From assembly GCA_051362555.1 (NCBI GenBank), contig CM120646.1:23994001-24058000 (forward strand): a stretch of 64,000 bases of DNA, written 5' to 3'. Made by a program: the position numbers and the translations under genes. Below, one piece after another: positions 27,096 through 39,900 of this stretch. Position 1 is the stretch's first letter; each line of letters opens with the position of its first letter. Under the pieces are notes generated by a model. That model was not told where the DNA came from, ran no database searches, and saw nothing but the letters and a program-made list of their open reading frames with translations. The stretch comes from Lingula anatina. Its lineage: Eukaryota > Animalia > Brachiopoda.

Positions 27096-28554
27096 ATGTC
27101 CATTGGATTTGTGACAATCCTAGGGTGTTTGTCCGTCGTTATTAGAAAAGCGGACGCTGTCTGCTGCCCTCCGGTTGTGTATGGTTATTGCGGGGACTGT
27201 AGTTATGTAAGTTGTATTTCTTTTAAGAGACTTTCCCAATAGTTATGGGATGTACGCTTACGCTGGAGTTAACATTAACACAAAATACACTTTTGCTGCC
27301 TAGAAAATACTTGAAAGATACCCGGGAAAATAACACTTTGTCTTTGGACATTCGGAACCGCAAGGTAAAGGGCTCTTTATCTAAACCATATCATATGCAA
27401 ATAAACACTGGGAACAGACTGTTATAGTAATCCGATGGGAGGAACATTTCTTTACATTGAATTTTCAATCTATATCCTTGGATAAGAGAATGCTGCGTTA
27501 ATAATTTTCCTTTGGCTTCAGACATATCATGCCTGTGGAGTAGGAAGCTGTGACAGACTGCAGTGCAACTGTGAAGGAGGATGCAGATCTGGTTGCTCAA
27601 AAGTGACAGTTGAGGCTTGGACGTAAGAAAGGCCATCTTTTCATTTTTACGAAAAATAATATCTGAACGAATATTTTCTGCCTTCATTTCGTGCTAAAAA
27701 ACTTTATTTGAATAAGTATGGTTGCGTACATCCATAAATAGGTGTGAGTTTAATAACTACGTGCGCACAGTCTTGCGTCAATTAAGAACTGGAGGGATGC
27801 ATAGAACAATTGAAGAAGGTGTAATTCTGTAACCACTTTTAGAAGATCATGATTTATATGCTGTGTATGCTGTGTATATGTAACAAAGATTTTTTTCAAT
27901 GGTAGAAACAAATGCCTATGCGAACGTGCAGGCAAGAGGTCCACGGGGGTAGCTGTAGGTTACAGCATTAACGCTAGTGTAATATTCAGAAACACTGATA
28001 CAGACAGGTAAGTGATGTAGATGTAGATTACAGCATTGACGCTAGTGTAGTATTCAGTAGCACTGATACAGACAGGTAAGTGACGTAGGTGTGGGTTACA
28101 GTATTGACCCTAGTGAAGTATCTATGAAAACATGTGTAAGATGTATAACAGTAGTCCTATATAAAACCAAGGGTCGCCACACATATCATTGCAAAGCGTC
28201 GTACTGAGCTCATTTTGAAAGTATGTAACTTTGGGTCGAAACAGTTCTAGCAATTTTTCTTGTCGAAACAGTTCTAGCATTTTTTTTTTGTCGAATTGGA
28301 TTAATCGTGGAATAAATGTGTAGAGGCAAAAGCTGAAAATACCTGAGTGCATGACATAGTAGAACTGAACAGCAGATTTTGATCACAAACCATTTTATTA
28401 CAGAAATGAGCGGCTGTCCAGAGATGAATACATTCGTGCTGCAATGAACTTGAACAGAAACACAAGGTCTGAGGACATTCATGCTGAATTTACGGAGAAA
28501 GACAAAAATGGCGACGACATGATTAGTTTGGATGAATTGGACGCACAAAAGTGA
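27096..28554 (+). CDS. Mytimycin-like precursor, copy D (exons 27096-27206, 27522-27622, 27906-28007, 28404-28554)
   Basis: MSIGFVTILGCLSVVIRKADA|VCCPPVVYGYCGDCSYTYHACGVGSCDRLQCNCEGGCRSGCSKVTVEAWTNKCLCERA-GKR-...DTDRNERLSRDEY...DKNGDDMISLDELDAQK*; indels relative to siblings are in-frame in exons 1-3. Confidence 0.88.
27955..28121 (+). repeat. 68-bp donor-site tandem array (~2.5 units), copy D
   Basis: Same unit as 6850-7385. Confidence 0.88.
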
Positions 28555-29269
28555 ATGAAACTGGCAAATTTTATTGCCGTAAATAATAATATGTTGGATT
28601 CATGTATGCCAATACAAAGATAAAAAACCATCTGACTTTGAACATCATCAGTATATGGTTATTTCTTAACTTTGAAAGAAAACTTGTTTGATCTTTACAA
28701 CATACTAGTATGTCTGACAGTGCCGTATAATGCCGGTTGATATTAAATTTCTATTTCCAGAATAAAAACATAATTTTAATTTTTATTTCTTGTCACAGAG
28801 ATTTGATAAAAAGGGTTTATCATTTCAGAAAAGGATTATGTAAAAAAACATAGGTAATATTAGCAGACACCAACATAATGTTAAGGTCAAATAAGGTAAC
28901 ACAATCAGGAAAAGTAGACTAATCCGTACCAAACACGTATGAAATACTTTGTGATAGCAACATACAAGTCACGAATATCCATTTCCACGTTTCAAACCTT
29001 CTTGTTAAGGACTTGTATAACTTGTTATTTTTTATTAAAAGAAAAGGAAGGTAATTTCTCCCAGGCGGTAAAATGTCAATTTCCTAAAATTTTACCAATA
29101 ACGAATGAAAACTAGTATGACAAAAGTCGATACATGCACCATGCATATTCCGTCGTAACATAAATTGGTCAGTCATGTACCCCTGTATTAGCAAAACATA
29201 CGGCTGCAGACTTTCTCGTTTGATTTGTACAAAATAGATTTTTGGAACAATATCAATATATCATGTAGT

Positions 29270-29580
29270 AAATGGCTCTACAAAATTAAACATGGCCACT
29301 ATGTTCAATGATAAGGACCAGCCATGCATACGTATAATTTATACGTCGTTTAAAAAACGTGAATGAGAGGTTTTTTAAATTGGCAATCGATTAACAGTAT
29401 TAACATTTATTATGATCAAACTTGAACTGCAAGTTGATGAAACATACATGTATCTCAACTCGGTTTCTTCTGGTCACTGAAGTAACATTTTGTGGGGAGT
29501 ATTTAATCAACTATGAGCACGCGCAGTGTGTGCGAGGACAGAACCCCAATTCGCAGTTCAACTGGCACCATTGCGTAACC
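29270..29580 (-). pseudogene. Duplicated 3' end (last ~20 codons + 3' UTR) of the LPMO gene
   Basis: 29500-29579 matches 36965-37040 (VTQWCQLNCELGFCPRTHCACS* vs VTRWCQLNCELGFCPRTHCACI*); no upstream LPMO exons follow. Confidence 0.85.
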
Positions 29581-30275
29581 ACAGTGCAGTTTATAATACG
29601 ATTAGAATGCCAATGGTATTCTTACAAGAATTTTGATCAATTTGAAATTTCCTCCAAAACGTGGCGTGAATTTTGAAAATTCTTCATTTTAGCTCATTCT
29701 GTTTGATTACTGCTGATTCCGAATAAGTGTGACGAGGGCTTAAGGATTGACATATTTATAAAAAAATCTGTTAGGTCATTTATGCAATTCGTTAGGCTTA
29801 AATCAATAATAACTCAGTTATACATTCCAATTTACAAAAAGAAAAAAATGTATGATAATGTTTTATAATATGAAAGCAAGACTGAATGATGTTTACATCA
29901 TACATCTGACTGAAGATTTAAATGCTGGTAACAGTAGACACCCAGCTTCTAACATTGACATAAAAGCGATGGCGGTGTTGCTGACTTTTGATAAAAAGCA
30001 TTGCATTCAGTAAGCTCCTAAAAAAGAATAAAAGTGCATATGAATGTCTGTGAATTACTACAGAATAAATTCAAATCTACATTAAATTATATAATTATAA
30101 ATTATAAGTATAAATTATATAATTTCTACATTAAAATATGTTTAAAGTTAAATGTCAGTAAAGTTTGGATTTACATGGAGGCCAATCAGATTCAATTCAT
30201 CAACTACACGTACCTGAAGGATTGGCGTATAGTCTTGTCATCTGCATATAATTCACTGCTCCCAGTGAGGTTCTG

Positions 30276-30902
30276 GGGCCGGTTTCACAAAGCAGTAGTT
30301 AGTTAGAACAACTAACTACTGAACTACCTCGCTAACGAGCAAACTTAGCGATTTTCGAGGGGTGTTTCACGAAGCAGTAGTTAACTTATCGCTAAGTTCA
30401 GTCGTAAAGTTCGGTCGCTAGTTCTCTCGTTACTCACCGTAGTCTCGAAACCGTCTGCCGGAAGTGGAACTCTTGCGTAAAAGTGTCACGAAAGCACTAA
30501 CTCTCCAATTTTTGGTGGCTGGAAATGCATAAGAACGTCTGCTTTGAGGTCGTCGTAAAGGATCTCCACCACCTTTTTGCCGCTCTTTTTGTCACAGCTA
30601 GGCGCAACCTCTCGTAAATTGCATCATCGTGCGTATATTCTAATAGATTCTGCCTTTCATGAAAACGTCGTAGTCTACGTTGCCGTCTGGCGGTACGGTT
30701 AGCAAGAAAGGTAGCCGCCATATTGGATACAAAGACAGACGACAGACAACGGTAACTAAGCAACCTTTTTATTTCACTCATTACGCATGCGTACGATGAA
30801 ACTCTAGAGTTAGCGACTGGTCTGACCAGTCGTTAAATATCCAAGGCAACAACGAGACAATAACGAGCGAGAGAACTAACTACTGCTTTGTGAAATCGGC
30901 CC
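30276..30902 (-). mobile_element. Internally deleted Harbinger element (CTG TSD) retaining the transposase N-terminus
   Basis: CTG|GGGCCGGTTTCACAAAGCAGTAGTTAGTT ... AACTAACTACTGCTTTGTGAAATCGGCCC|CTG; minus ORF has RRLRRFHERQNLLEYTHDDAIYERLRL, resembling HARBI1-type transposase N-termini; empty site GGTCCTGGTCACT at ~32196. Confidence 0.85.
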
Positions 30903-31309
30903 CTGGTCACTCCGAATACACGGATGACGTTCATGCGTGTTAAATGATGCCTATGTCGAGCACCATCTTGGGGATTTACTGCAATACCACAGTTAGTTCA
31001 GAACTCTATTATCTGGCTTTTAAAACAGTCAGGTTTTATTGGCCCTGTAACACACATCCCATGTACAGTATTTTCCTTCAACACGTGATTAATTTATTAT
31101 AACACCTGTTGATCATCAACATAAAAAGGACACATAAAGTAGTAGAACACAATTGATAAAGGACACTTCAGATTTGGAACTGAAGATGTGAGGTTGTTGT
31201 TATATTCCCTCTCCTGACAAGCGAAATTTTACAAGAAAATGTGTAGGGAGGATCATGGACCCCTAGAGTACATTTTAATGTGTCTGGTACTGGTTAGCCT
31301 TGTTGTCCT

Positions 31310-31825
31310 GACAGTGTGACCTTATGTGACCTTAACGTTGTTGTAGTTTTCTGCTAATTTTATCTATGGCATTTATATAAATAATCCTTTTCTGAAATGA
31401 TAAACCTTTTTAATCAAACCAATGTCACAACAAATTAAAATTAATGTGTAAATACGTTTTTGTACTGGGAATAGAAACTAAATGTGGACCAGCATTTTAC
31501 GGAACTGACAAACATGCTGGTATGTTGTAAAGATAAAACAAGTTTTTCATTCAAAGGTAAGGGAAAAAACGTTAGCTGACGGTTTTCAAATTCAGATGGT
31601 TTTTATATTCGTATAGGTATACATGAAATCAACACAATATTATTTACAACAATAATCTTCCAAGTTCCATTCACTTATTTGCGTCAAATTCTTCCAAACT
31701 GATCATGTCGTCGATATTTTTGTCTTTGTTCCGTAAATTCATCATGGATGTCTTTAGTTCTTGTGTTCCTGTTCAGGTTCATTGCAGCACGAATGTATTC
31801 ATCTATGGGCAGCTATTCATTTGTG
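31310..31825 (-). pseudogene. Inverted orphan copy of the EF-hand exon 4 and 3' flank of the mytimycin-like genes
   Basis: 31670-31822 is the reverse complement of exon 4 with a premature stop and a 1-nt indel; followed by the shared 3' region; no exons 1-3 upstream. Confidence 0.85.
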
Positions 31826-33332
31826 TTATTATATGGTAATAGTAGACACCCAGCATCTATCACCGACATAAAAGCGATGGCGGTGTGTTGCTGCAGACTT
31901 TTGATAAAAAAACATTGCATTCAGTAAGCTTCTTAAAAAGAAAAAAAATGCATATAACCGTCACTGAATCTCTAAACAATAATTGAAATATTTCCTTTAT
32001 TAAAATATGCTTAAAGTTTATTGTCAGTTAAGTTTGAAACAATAATTGAAATATTTCCTTTATTAAAATATGCTTAAAGTTTATTGTCAGTTAAGTTTGG
32101 AAATATAAGGTGCGCAAACGTATTCAATTCATCAACTACACGTACCCGAGGGATGGTGTAAAGTCTTGTCCTTTGCATTCACTGCTTCCAGTGAGGGTCC
32201 TGGTCACTCTTTACATCTTAAAGAACATGCAGAATACACAGATGACGTTTTAGTGTATTAAATAATGTCTATGCCAAGCCCCGTCCTCGGATTTACTGTA
32301 TTACCACAGTTAGTTCAAACCTCTAATAGCTGACTGACTTTTAAAACAGACAGGTTTGACCCTGCAACACACATCTCATGTAGGCCTACAGTAGTTTCCT
32401 TCGTCGCATGGGTAATATAAAACACCTATTGATCTTCAACTTTAAAAGTACAAAACATTAATTTTATGGGCAAAGCTTCATAGCTGTTCAAAATTTGGGG
32501 GCATTGTTGGCCCAATCTGTAAAGAAACTATGAGTCAGAGCGTTTGATTCTAGCCTCATTCAAGATGTTTTCAATGATGTTTGCGTCTGGTGATCGCAAG
32601 GGCAGGCCAGTCCACCCTGCTGATGCTATGTTTTTTTTACGTACGGATCCCCCCTCCCCGTCACATAGCGACTATCCACACAGATGATGCAATACTTTTG
32701 TCACCCTCTGTATATTGTTTGCAACACACATTCCAACAGTTGGAATAGCTTGTTCTGATTGGCTGGTTACCCCGATAAAGGGGCCACTTACTGCTAACTG
32801 AATCATTGCATTAGATGCAACTGTCAAGGTAAGGTGTTAAGGTCTTTCTAATGTGGTACATAATTTAAACTTAGAGTAAAACCTACCGTTATTTATTTCA
32901 TTCTCTTAGCTCTATCATTACATCATAATGTGTTGCCATGTTTTCTGTTATAGTTAACAGTTTTTCTTTCTGTTATAGTAAGTTGTCATGTTGTCATTTT
33001 ATAGTGTGTTGTCGTGTTGTCAGTTATATTATGCAGTGACGTTTCCTGTTATAGCATGTTGTTATGTTTTCCTTTCTAGCATGTTGTCTTATTTTGTTAC
33101 GTTTAACAGTAATGTTTTTTGTTATGGTATGCTGTCATGCTTTCTTGTATATTATGCGGGGATGTTTTCTGTTAGGGTATGCTGTAATGCACTGTTCTTT
33201 GCTGTTATGTTTTCTGCTACCGGCATGGAATGCGTCAAGGAAAGCCCAAAGCTAGCATACATTCAAACTCTTACTTTAGGAAGTGACTTTTATATAAATG
33301 ACTTTACAATATAAATACCTTTATTTTAGAAA

Positions 33333-36075
33333 ATGTATATTGGATTCGTGACAATCCTAGTTACTGTGAGTTTGTCCATCGTAATTGAAAGAGCGGACGC
33401 TGTGTGCTGCTATCCGGTTGTGTCTGATTATTGCGGGGACTGTAGTTTTGTAAGTTGTATTTATAAAAAGACTGCTAATGGTTAGGGGAAGCACAGTTAC
33501 ACTTGAGTTAACATAAACACAAAACACCTTTTCTACCTAGAAAATCCTCAAAACATAATCGGGGAAACAACACTTTGTCTTTGGAAATCAGAGACCAGGA
33601 AGTAAAGGACATTGATCTTTATTTTAAGTCAACGTATAAAATAACATTGAAAACAAATTGCCCATTAACACTAGGAATAAATTGTTATGGTAATTGGAAG
33701 TGAGAATTATTTCTTGAATTTTCAAGTAGTTTATTTTCAATCTATTTCCTTGGATAAGAGAATGCTGGGTTAAGAATTTCTCCTTTAACTTCAGACATGG
33801 TATCATTGTGGAGTAGGAAGCTGTGACAGACTGATGTGCAACTGTGAAGGAGGATGCAGATCTGGTTGCTCAAAAGTGACCGTTACCGGAGTTTGGTCGT
33901 AAGAAAGAAGTATTTTTTCAATTTATAATGCGTTTAATTTGTAGGTACTATAAACAATTTATTTTTGAAAATGTATATGAACCATTATGGTGTTAATTGA
34001 ACAACTTCTTTGAAAGTGATGACTTGAAAAAAAGCTTAAAGCTTATTTTGCACCATAGCTTTCATATTTTTGAGGAAAAGAATGTACTCAAAAGAAATAC
34101 CAAAGGCTATCGTTTCATTTTTAAGAGAAATGATATTTGAACAAATTGTTAATGCTTTCTTTAAGTGCTATAAACAGTCTCATTTGAACAAGTATGCCAT
34201 ATCGTGGGTGTGACAGTGATGACTACATGTATGTAATGTGCTCAGAGCACTACATCATTTGTGGGATTTTGTAACAACTGGAGGGATGCATAAATAAAAC
34301 AATTTACGAACAAACAATTAAAGAATACTACACTAGCTGTCGTGTAAGAAACTACAGGTTGTGGTTTATATGCTGTGTATGCTGTGTATATGTAACAAAA
34401 ATTTCTTTTCAATGGTAGGCGCAAATGTCATTGCGAACGTGCACGCAAGAGGTCTGCGGGTGAAGACGTGGATTACAGCATTGACCCTAGTATAGTATTC
34501 AGTAGCACAGATACAGACAGGTAAGTGATGTAGGTGTAGATTACAGCATTGACGCTAGTGTAGTATTCAGTAACACTGATACAGACAGGTAAGTGATGTA
34601 GGTGTAGATTACAGCATTGACGCTAGTGTAGTATTCAGTAACACTGATACAGACAGGTAAGTGATGTAGGTGTGGATTACAGCATTGACGCTAGTGTACT
34701 ATTCAGTAACACTGATACAGGCAGGTAAGTGATGTAGGTGTGGATTACAGCATTAACGCCAGTGTAGTATTCAGTAACACAGATACAGACAGGTAAGTGA
34801 TGTAGGTGTGGATTATAGCATTGACGCCAGTGTAGTATTCAGTAACACTGATACAGACAGGTAAGTGATGTAGGTGTAGATTACAGCATTGACCCTAGTG
34901 TAGTATTCGGTAACACTGATACAGACAGGTAAGTGATGTAGATGTGAATTGCAGCATTGACGCTAGTGTAGTATTCAGTAACACTGATACAGGCAGGTAA
35001 GTGATATAGGTGTGGATTACAGCATTGACGCTAGTGTAGTATTCAGTAACACTGATACAGGCAGGTAAGTGATATAGGTGTGGATTACAGCATTGACGCT
35101 AGTGTAGTATTCAGTAACACTGATACAGGCAGGTAAGTGATGTAAGTGTGGATTACAGCATTGACGCTAGTGTAGTATTCAGTAACACTGATACAGGCAG
35201 GTAAGTGATGTAGGTGTGGATTACAGCATGACGCCAGTGTAGTATTCAGTAACACAGATACAGACAGGTAAGTGATGTAGGTGTGGATTATAGCATTGAC
35301 GCCAGTGTAGTATTCAGTAACACTGATACAGACAGGTAAGTGATGTAGGTGTAGATTACAGCATTGACCCTAGTGTAGTATTCAGTAACACTGATACAGA
35401 CAGGTAAGTGATGCAGGTGTGAATTGCAGCATTGACGCTAGTGTAGTATTCAGTAACACTGATACAGACAGGTAAGTGATGCAGGTGTGGATTACAGCAT
35501 TGACGCTAGTGTAGTATTCAGTAACACTGATACAGACAGGTAAGTGATATAGGTGTGGATTACAGCATTGACGCTAGTGTAGTATTCAGTAACACTTATA
35601 CAGACAGGTAAGTAATGTAGCAAAATTGTAATAAAGCAGGTGTGTAAGGTGTGTAACAGTAGTCCTATACAATCAAGAGTCTCTACACATACCATTGTAG
35701 AAGGTCACACAGGGCTTTTTTTTTTACTTTGGGTCGTAGAAGTTCTGGCCTCTTTCTGTTTATTTTGTTAAATTGGATTAATCGGACAAAGGTGTGCGAC
35801 AGAAGATCAAATACACATTTAAGGCGTGTATAGTTATAGAATTAAGAGTCAAATATAAGCCGCAATGCCTCATAATTCACTAGAACTGTACAACGGATTT
35901 TGATAACAAACTTTTTTATTACAGAAATGAGCAGCTGTCCAGAGATGAATACATTCGTGCTGCAATCAACCTGAACAGAAACACAAGATCTGAGGACATC
36001 CATGCTGAATTTACAGAGAAAGATAAAAATGGAGACGACATGATCAGTTTGGATGAATTTGACACAAAAAAGTGA
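33333..36075 (+). CDS. Mytimycin-like precursor, copy E (exons 33333-33449, 33795-33898, 34419-34520, 35925-36075)
   Basis: MYIGFVTILVTVSLSIVIERADA|VCCYPVVSDYCGDCSFTWYHCGVGSCDRLMCNCEGGCRSGCSKVTVTGVWSRKCHCERA-RKR-...DTDRNEQLSRDEY...DKNGDDMISLDEFDTKK*. Confidence 0.9.
34468..35620 (+). repeat. 68-bp donor-site tandem array (~17 units), copy E
   Basis: Same unit as 6850-7385; longest array of the five. Confidence 0.95.
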
Positions 36076-36676
36076 ACGAAATTGGCAAAAAATATTGCCG
36101 TAAATAATAATGTATTGATTTCGTGTTTGCTTATGCAAAGATAAAACCAACTGAGTTTGAAAAGCATCAGCAAATAATTACTTTTTCCTTAAATTTGAAA
36201 GAAAAGCCTGTTTGATCTTTACAGCATACCAGTATGTCTGACAGTACCGCAAAAATGCTGGTCGACATTCCGTTTCTTTTTCCGGTGTAAAAAGTTAAGT
36301 TTTATTTGTAGTGACAGTGGTTTGACAAAAAGGGTTTATCATTTCAGAGAAGGATTATAAAAATCATAGATAATATTAGCAGACACCAACATAATGTTAA
36401 GTTCACATAAGGTCACACAGGAAAATTAGACTAATTCGTACCATACACTTATGAAATACATTGGGTTTGCAATATACAATTGATGAACTGCGCCATTTCC
36501 ACGTTTGAAACCTTCCAGTGAAGGACTTCTATAAACTGTTCTGTTTTTATTATCAGTGAAACAAAGTAATTTCTCCCAGGCCGTTAAATCTCAATTTCCA
36601 CAATTTTATCAATAGAAAACTGATAAATTAAACCCAATATTAAAAAGTTGTTACACGTGGCACGCGTATTTCGTCA

Positions 36677-36714
<38 letters not shown>

Positions 36715-36971
36715 TCAGGAGTAAATGATTACTAGTATATTCACAAAATTAAACATGGCTACTACAGGGTATGTTAACTTGTATAGAGCAGACATGCATA
36801 CATGTTATATATACGTTTAAAAAAGTGAATGAGAAGTCATTTACACTGTACGGTTGCATTTTTGTATAAACATTAACTATGATAAAACTTGAACTGCACT
36901 TTGACAAAACCCATCTCAATTCGGTTTCTTCTGGACACTGAAGCAACATCATGTGAGGTGCATTTAATCAA

Positions 36972-39900
36972 CTATATGCATGCGCAGTGCGTGCGGGGAC
37001 AGAACCCCAACTCGCAGTTCAACTGGCACCATCGCGTAACGCCATCTACATTCCAATATACACCTGCAGCTTTACAGCGCCCTCTAACGACCGTTCTAGA
37101 TGGGTCGGACTCAGTGCGCAATTTCTCCTCCACGTCAGCTTCCGCGTGACCGTGAGATACTCTAGTATCTGTGCTATCTCTTCCTTCTTTTATCTTTGTC
37201 CCCACATTGAGAGAATTTACACCATTGCTACCGGATGTTTCTGTCAGTACCAACCCGCCATTGCCGGTGTCGCCGCCTATTGATACGTCTGCGCAGCCGT
37301 AGAATTCCTCCTGGGGCCCACACCCAAGACATCCCTGTCCTGCTTGGCGGTCGGTGCCCCAGTTATTTCCTATGATTAAAATCATATTGCTGATATTAAT
37401 ACGGAAAACAACAACACCACTCGCCGACCACTAATGACAACCTATATTTACTGGGAAAAAAGAAGGGATTAGGTATCGATGAGCAATTGTAAGGATTAGG
37501 AATGACATAGGGCCTATTCTCAAAGAATGTGCTTGGTCATTTGCACATTTCTACACATGGGGTGGCTTTAATTACGTTGGTACTCAAAGATACATGCTTA
37601 TTTTCGCTATTTATGAAAATTTGAAGTGCTTTTTACCTTTAGTCTTAAAAAATTAAGTGTTGCATAGTACTGATCACTACGTTTTATATTTCTCATCTAC
37701 TCTCTAATCAACTCACTCACCACTGTGCCATTTCCACTGCAACACACACTGCCTGCACGTCACTTCCGGTGGTAACTGCACGCGGAGAGCCACCACTCCG
37801 AGCGTTGTGGGGATGGTGAACCTGGTGCCGTGACCCGTGATGTGCAGGAGATGTTGATTCAAACACTGCTGACTGATACGAGTTCTAGGACTGTTGTGAG
37901 GACACAGTCGGAACTCAAACCAACCTTTATGGTTAGCGGTTATTTCGACCTTCACCTCAATTTCCTTTATGAAAAAGATAATACGTATGACTCAGTGTTC
38001 AAGCTATACTGCTACATACAGTATATTGAGAATTGAAATGTCAATGCCATGCTTAAACTGGAATATTAAGAATGTGTCATTCTTTTTCTTACAACATTTA
38101 ATTGAGCAGTAACATAAAAAACTGCCTTACAGCATTTTGATAGCTGTAAGTTCTCATTCAATAGTTTATTGGTAAACGCTCCAAATAAGGACGAGGAAAA
38201 CTCTTACTTTTTCTGGTATATATTTACCTGGCCACGAGCATAGTTCCTAACTATGATTCCATTGGCGTATTTCCCGCCAGCCTCGTTTTGGCGAGGTCCC
38301 TGGTAGGGGTCGCCACATACTCCACACTTCCCTCCATGCAATCCCCATTGGTTCTAGGAAGAGACATAGGTAATTATCTTTATTGATCGCAAAAAAGGTC
38401 TTCATATACAGTGCCATTAATGGCCAAATCAAAAACTTGACCTGTATTTTATACAACTCTTTCAAACACAAAGCAAAGACATCACGCATGATCAAGACCG
38501 AGGCCTGGGTGTTACATTTTAAATAAAAGTGCCAATTTTTTTAAGCACCAGACAAGTGCGGCAAGGTGGGGGTTCACAGAATTTGACCTTATTGGGCTGA
38601 AATACTTGCCTGAGAATACTTTTAACTTCTGCCAAATGTTATGCCCCAAAACTGTATTTCAGGGGATTTATCCCAATTTTCTGACAATAATAACGCAACG
38701 GAAAGCTTTAATATTTTACAGTTTAATTAAGGTCACAAAGGTGATTAAATGTGAGCAAAATGAGTGTATTCTGTGAGAACCCAACCTTGCCGCTTTTTGG
38801 CTGATTTGCCTGGTGGTTAGAAAAACCATGATGAAGTGTGTGAACCTTCTTTAAAGTGAAATTCGTTAGTCAGGTGAAGCTCAAATGGACATATTATATA
38901 AACATGTTGAGAAATTTTATATAAATGTATTATTTCGTGGTAAATAATCAAAATTCTACATCTTGTGGTACATGTATTTTCATGTACTATATGATATTCA
39001 GAGAGCGTACACAAATTCTACTAGTTTGCACTTCAGCTAGAGGTGTTTGTGATCGTCAGAGCGTTGCCGTGGAGACGTTTGAATATTGGCCCGCTGTTTG
39101 TATAATTTACATGAGTACAGGGTACATAAACTCTAGTACTTGTGAAAGTAAATAGTGATACTAATTAAGCTTTACTATACTGAGTCTTTAATTTATATGG
39201 CGCAGTTTAAGATTTTGCCGGTTCCTTATTACGGTAACATAAGCTAAATTGCAAAAATCGAGATACATTGAGAAGTACGTAATGGAAGTTCGTACATAAT
39301 CAGAGTGTATCAATTGTTCGAAAGTTGTACCAGTGGAGTCAATTTGATGCAATGTAATGCAAAATACAGTTAATTGGTTAAATCTGGACTAAGAAGAACG
39401 CGAATCCACACCTTTGAAAGCGCTGTGGTATAAATATGTATATGTCAAAGGCCCGCAATCAAATCTAGTCCTATGCATAAAAAGCCCAGACCCTATGATT
39501 ATTACGCCCTGGCTGGGCCCATTCTTTATGGTGTCTTTGCATTGATAACAGCATAATGGGCAAGTTAAATGACCAAGTTAGTTGGCCAAGCTGCCGGTTT
39601 GTTTGTATGACATGGGCAGGGGAGGTCTTAGATCAAGGTACATATTATGATACTTACAGGTGTGGCAAATGAGATATACTTGTATTTCATTACCTTTGAT
39701 TTGTAAAATACATCAGAGGATGATACTATTAAAGAAGTTTAATGTTTAAAGAAAAGACATGTAGATTGATTTAGTAACATTTACTAAAGAAATGTTAAAT
39801 TAAAGGTGGGCTTCATTTGTGCCTTGATCTAAGAAATCCCCTGCACATGCCATACAAACAAACTGGCAGCTTGGTCAATTAACTTGGTCAATTAACTTGG

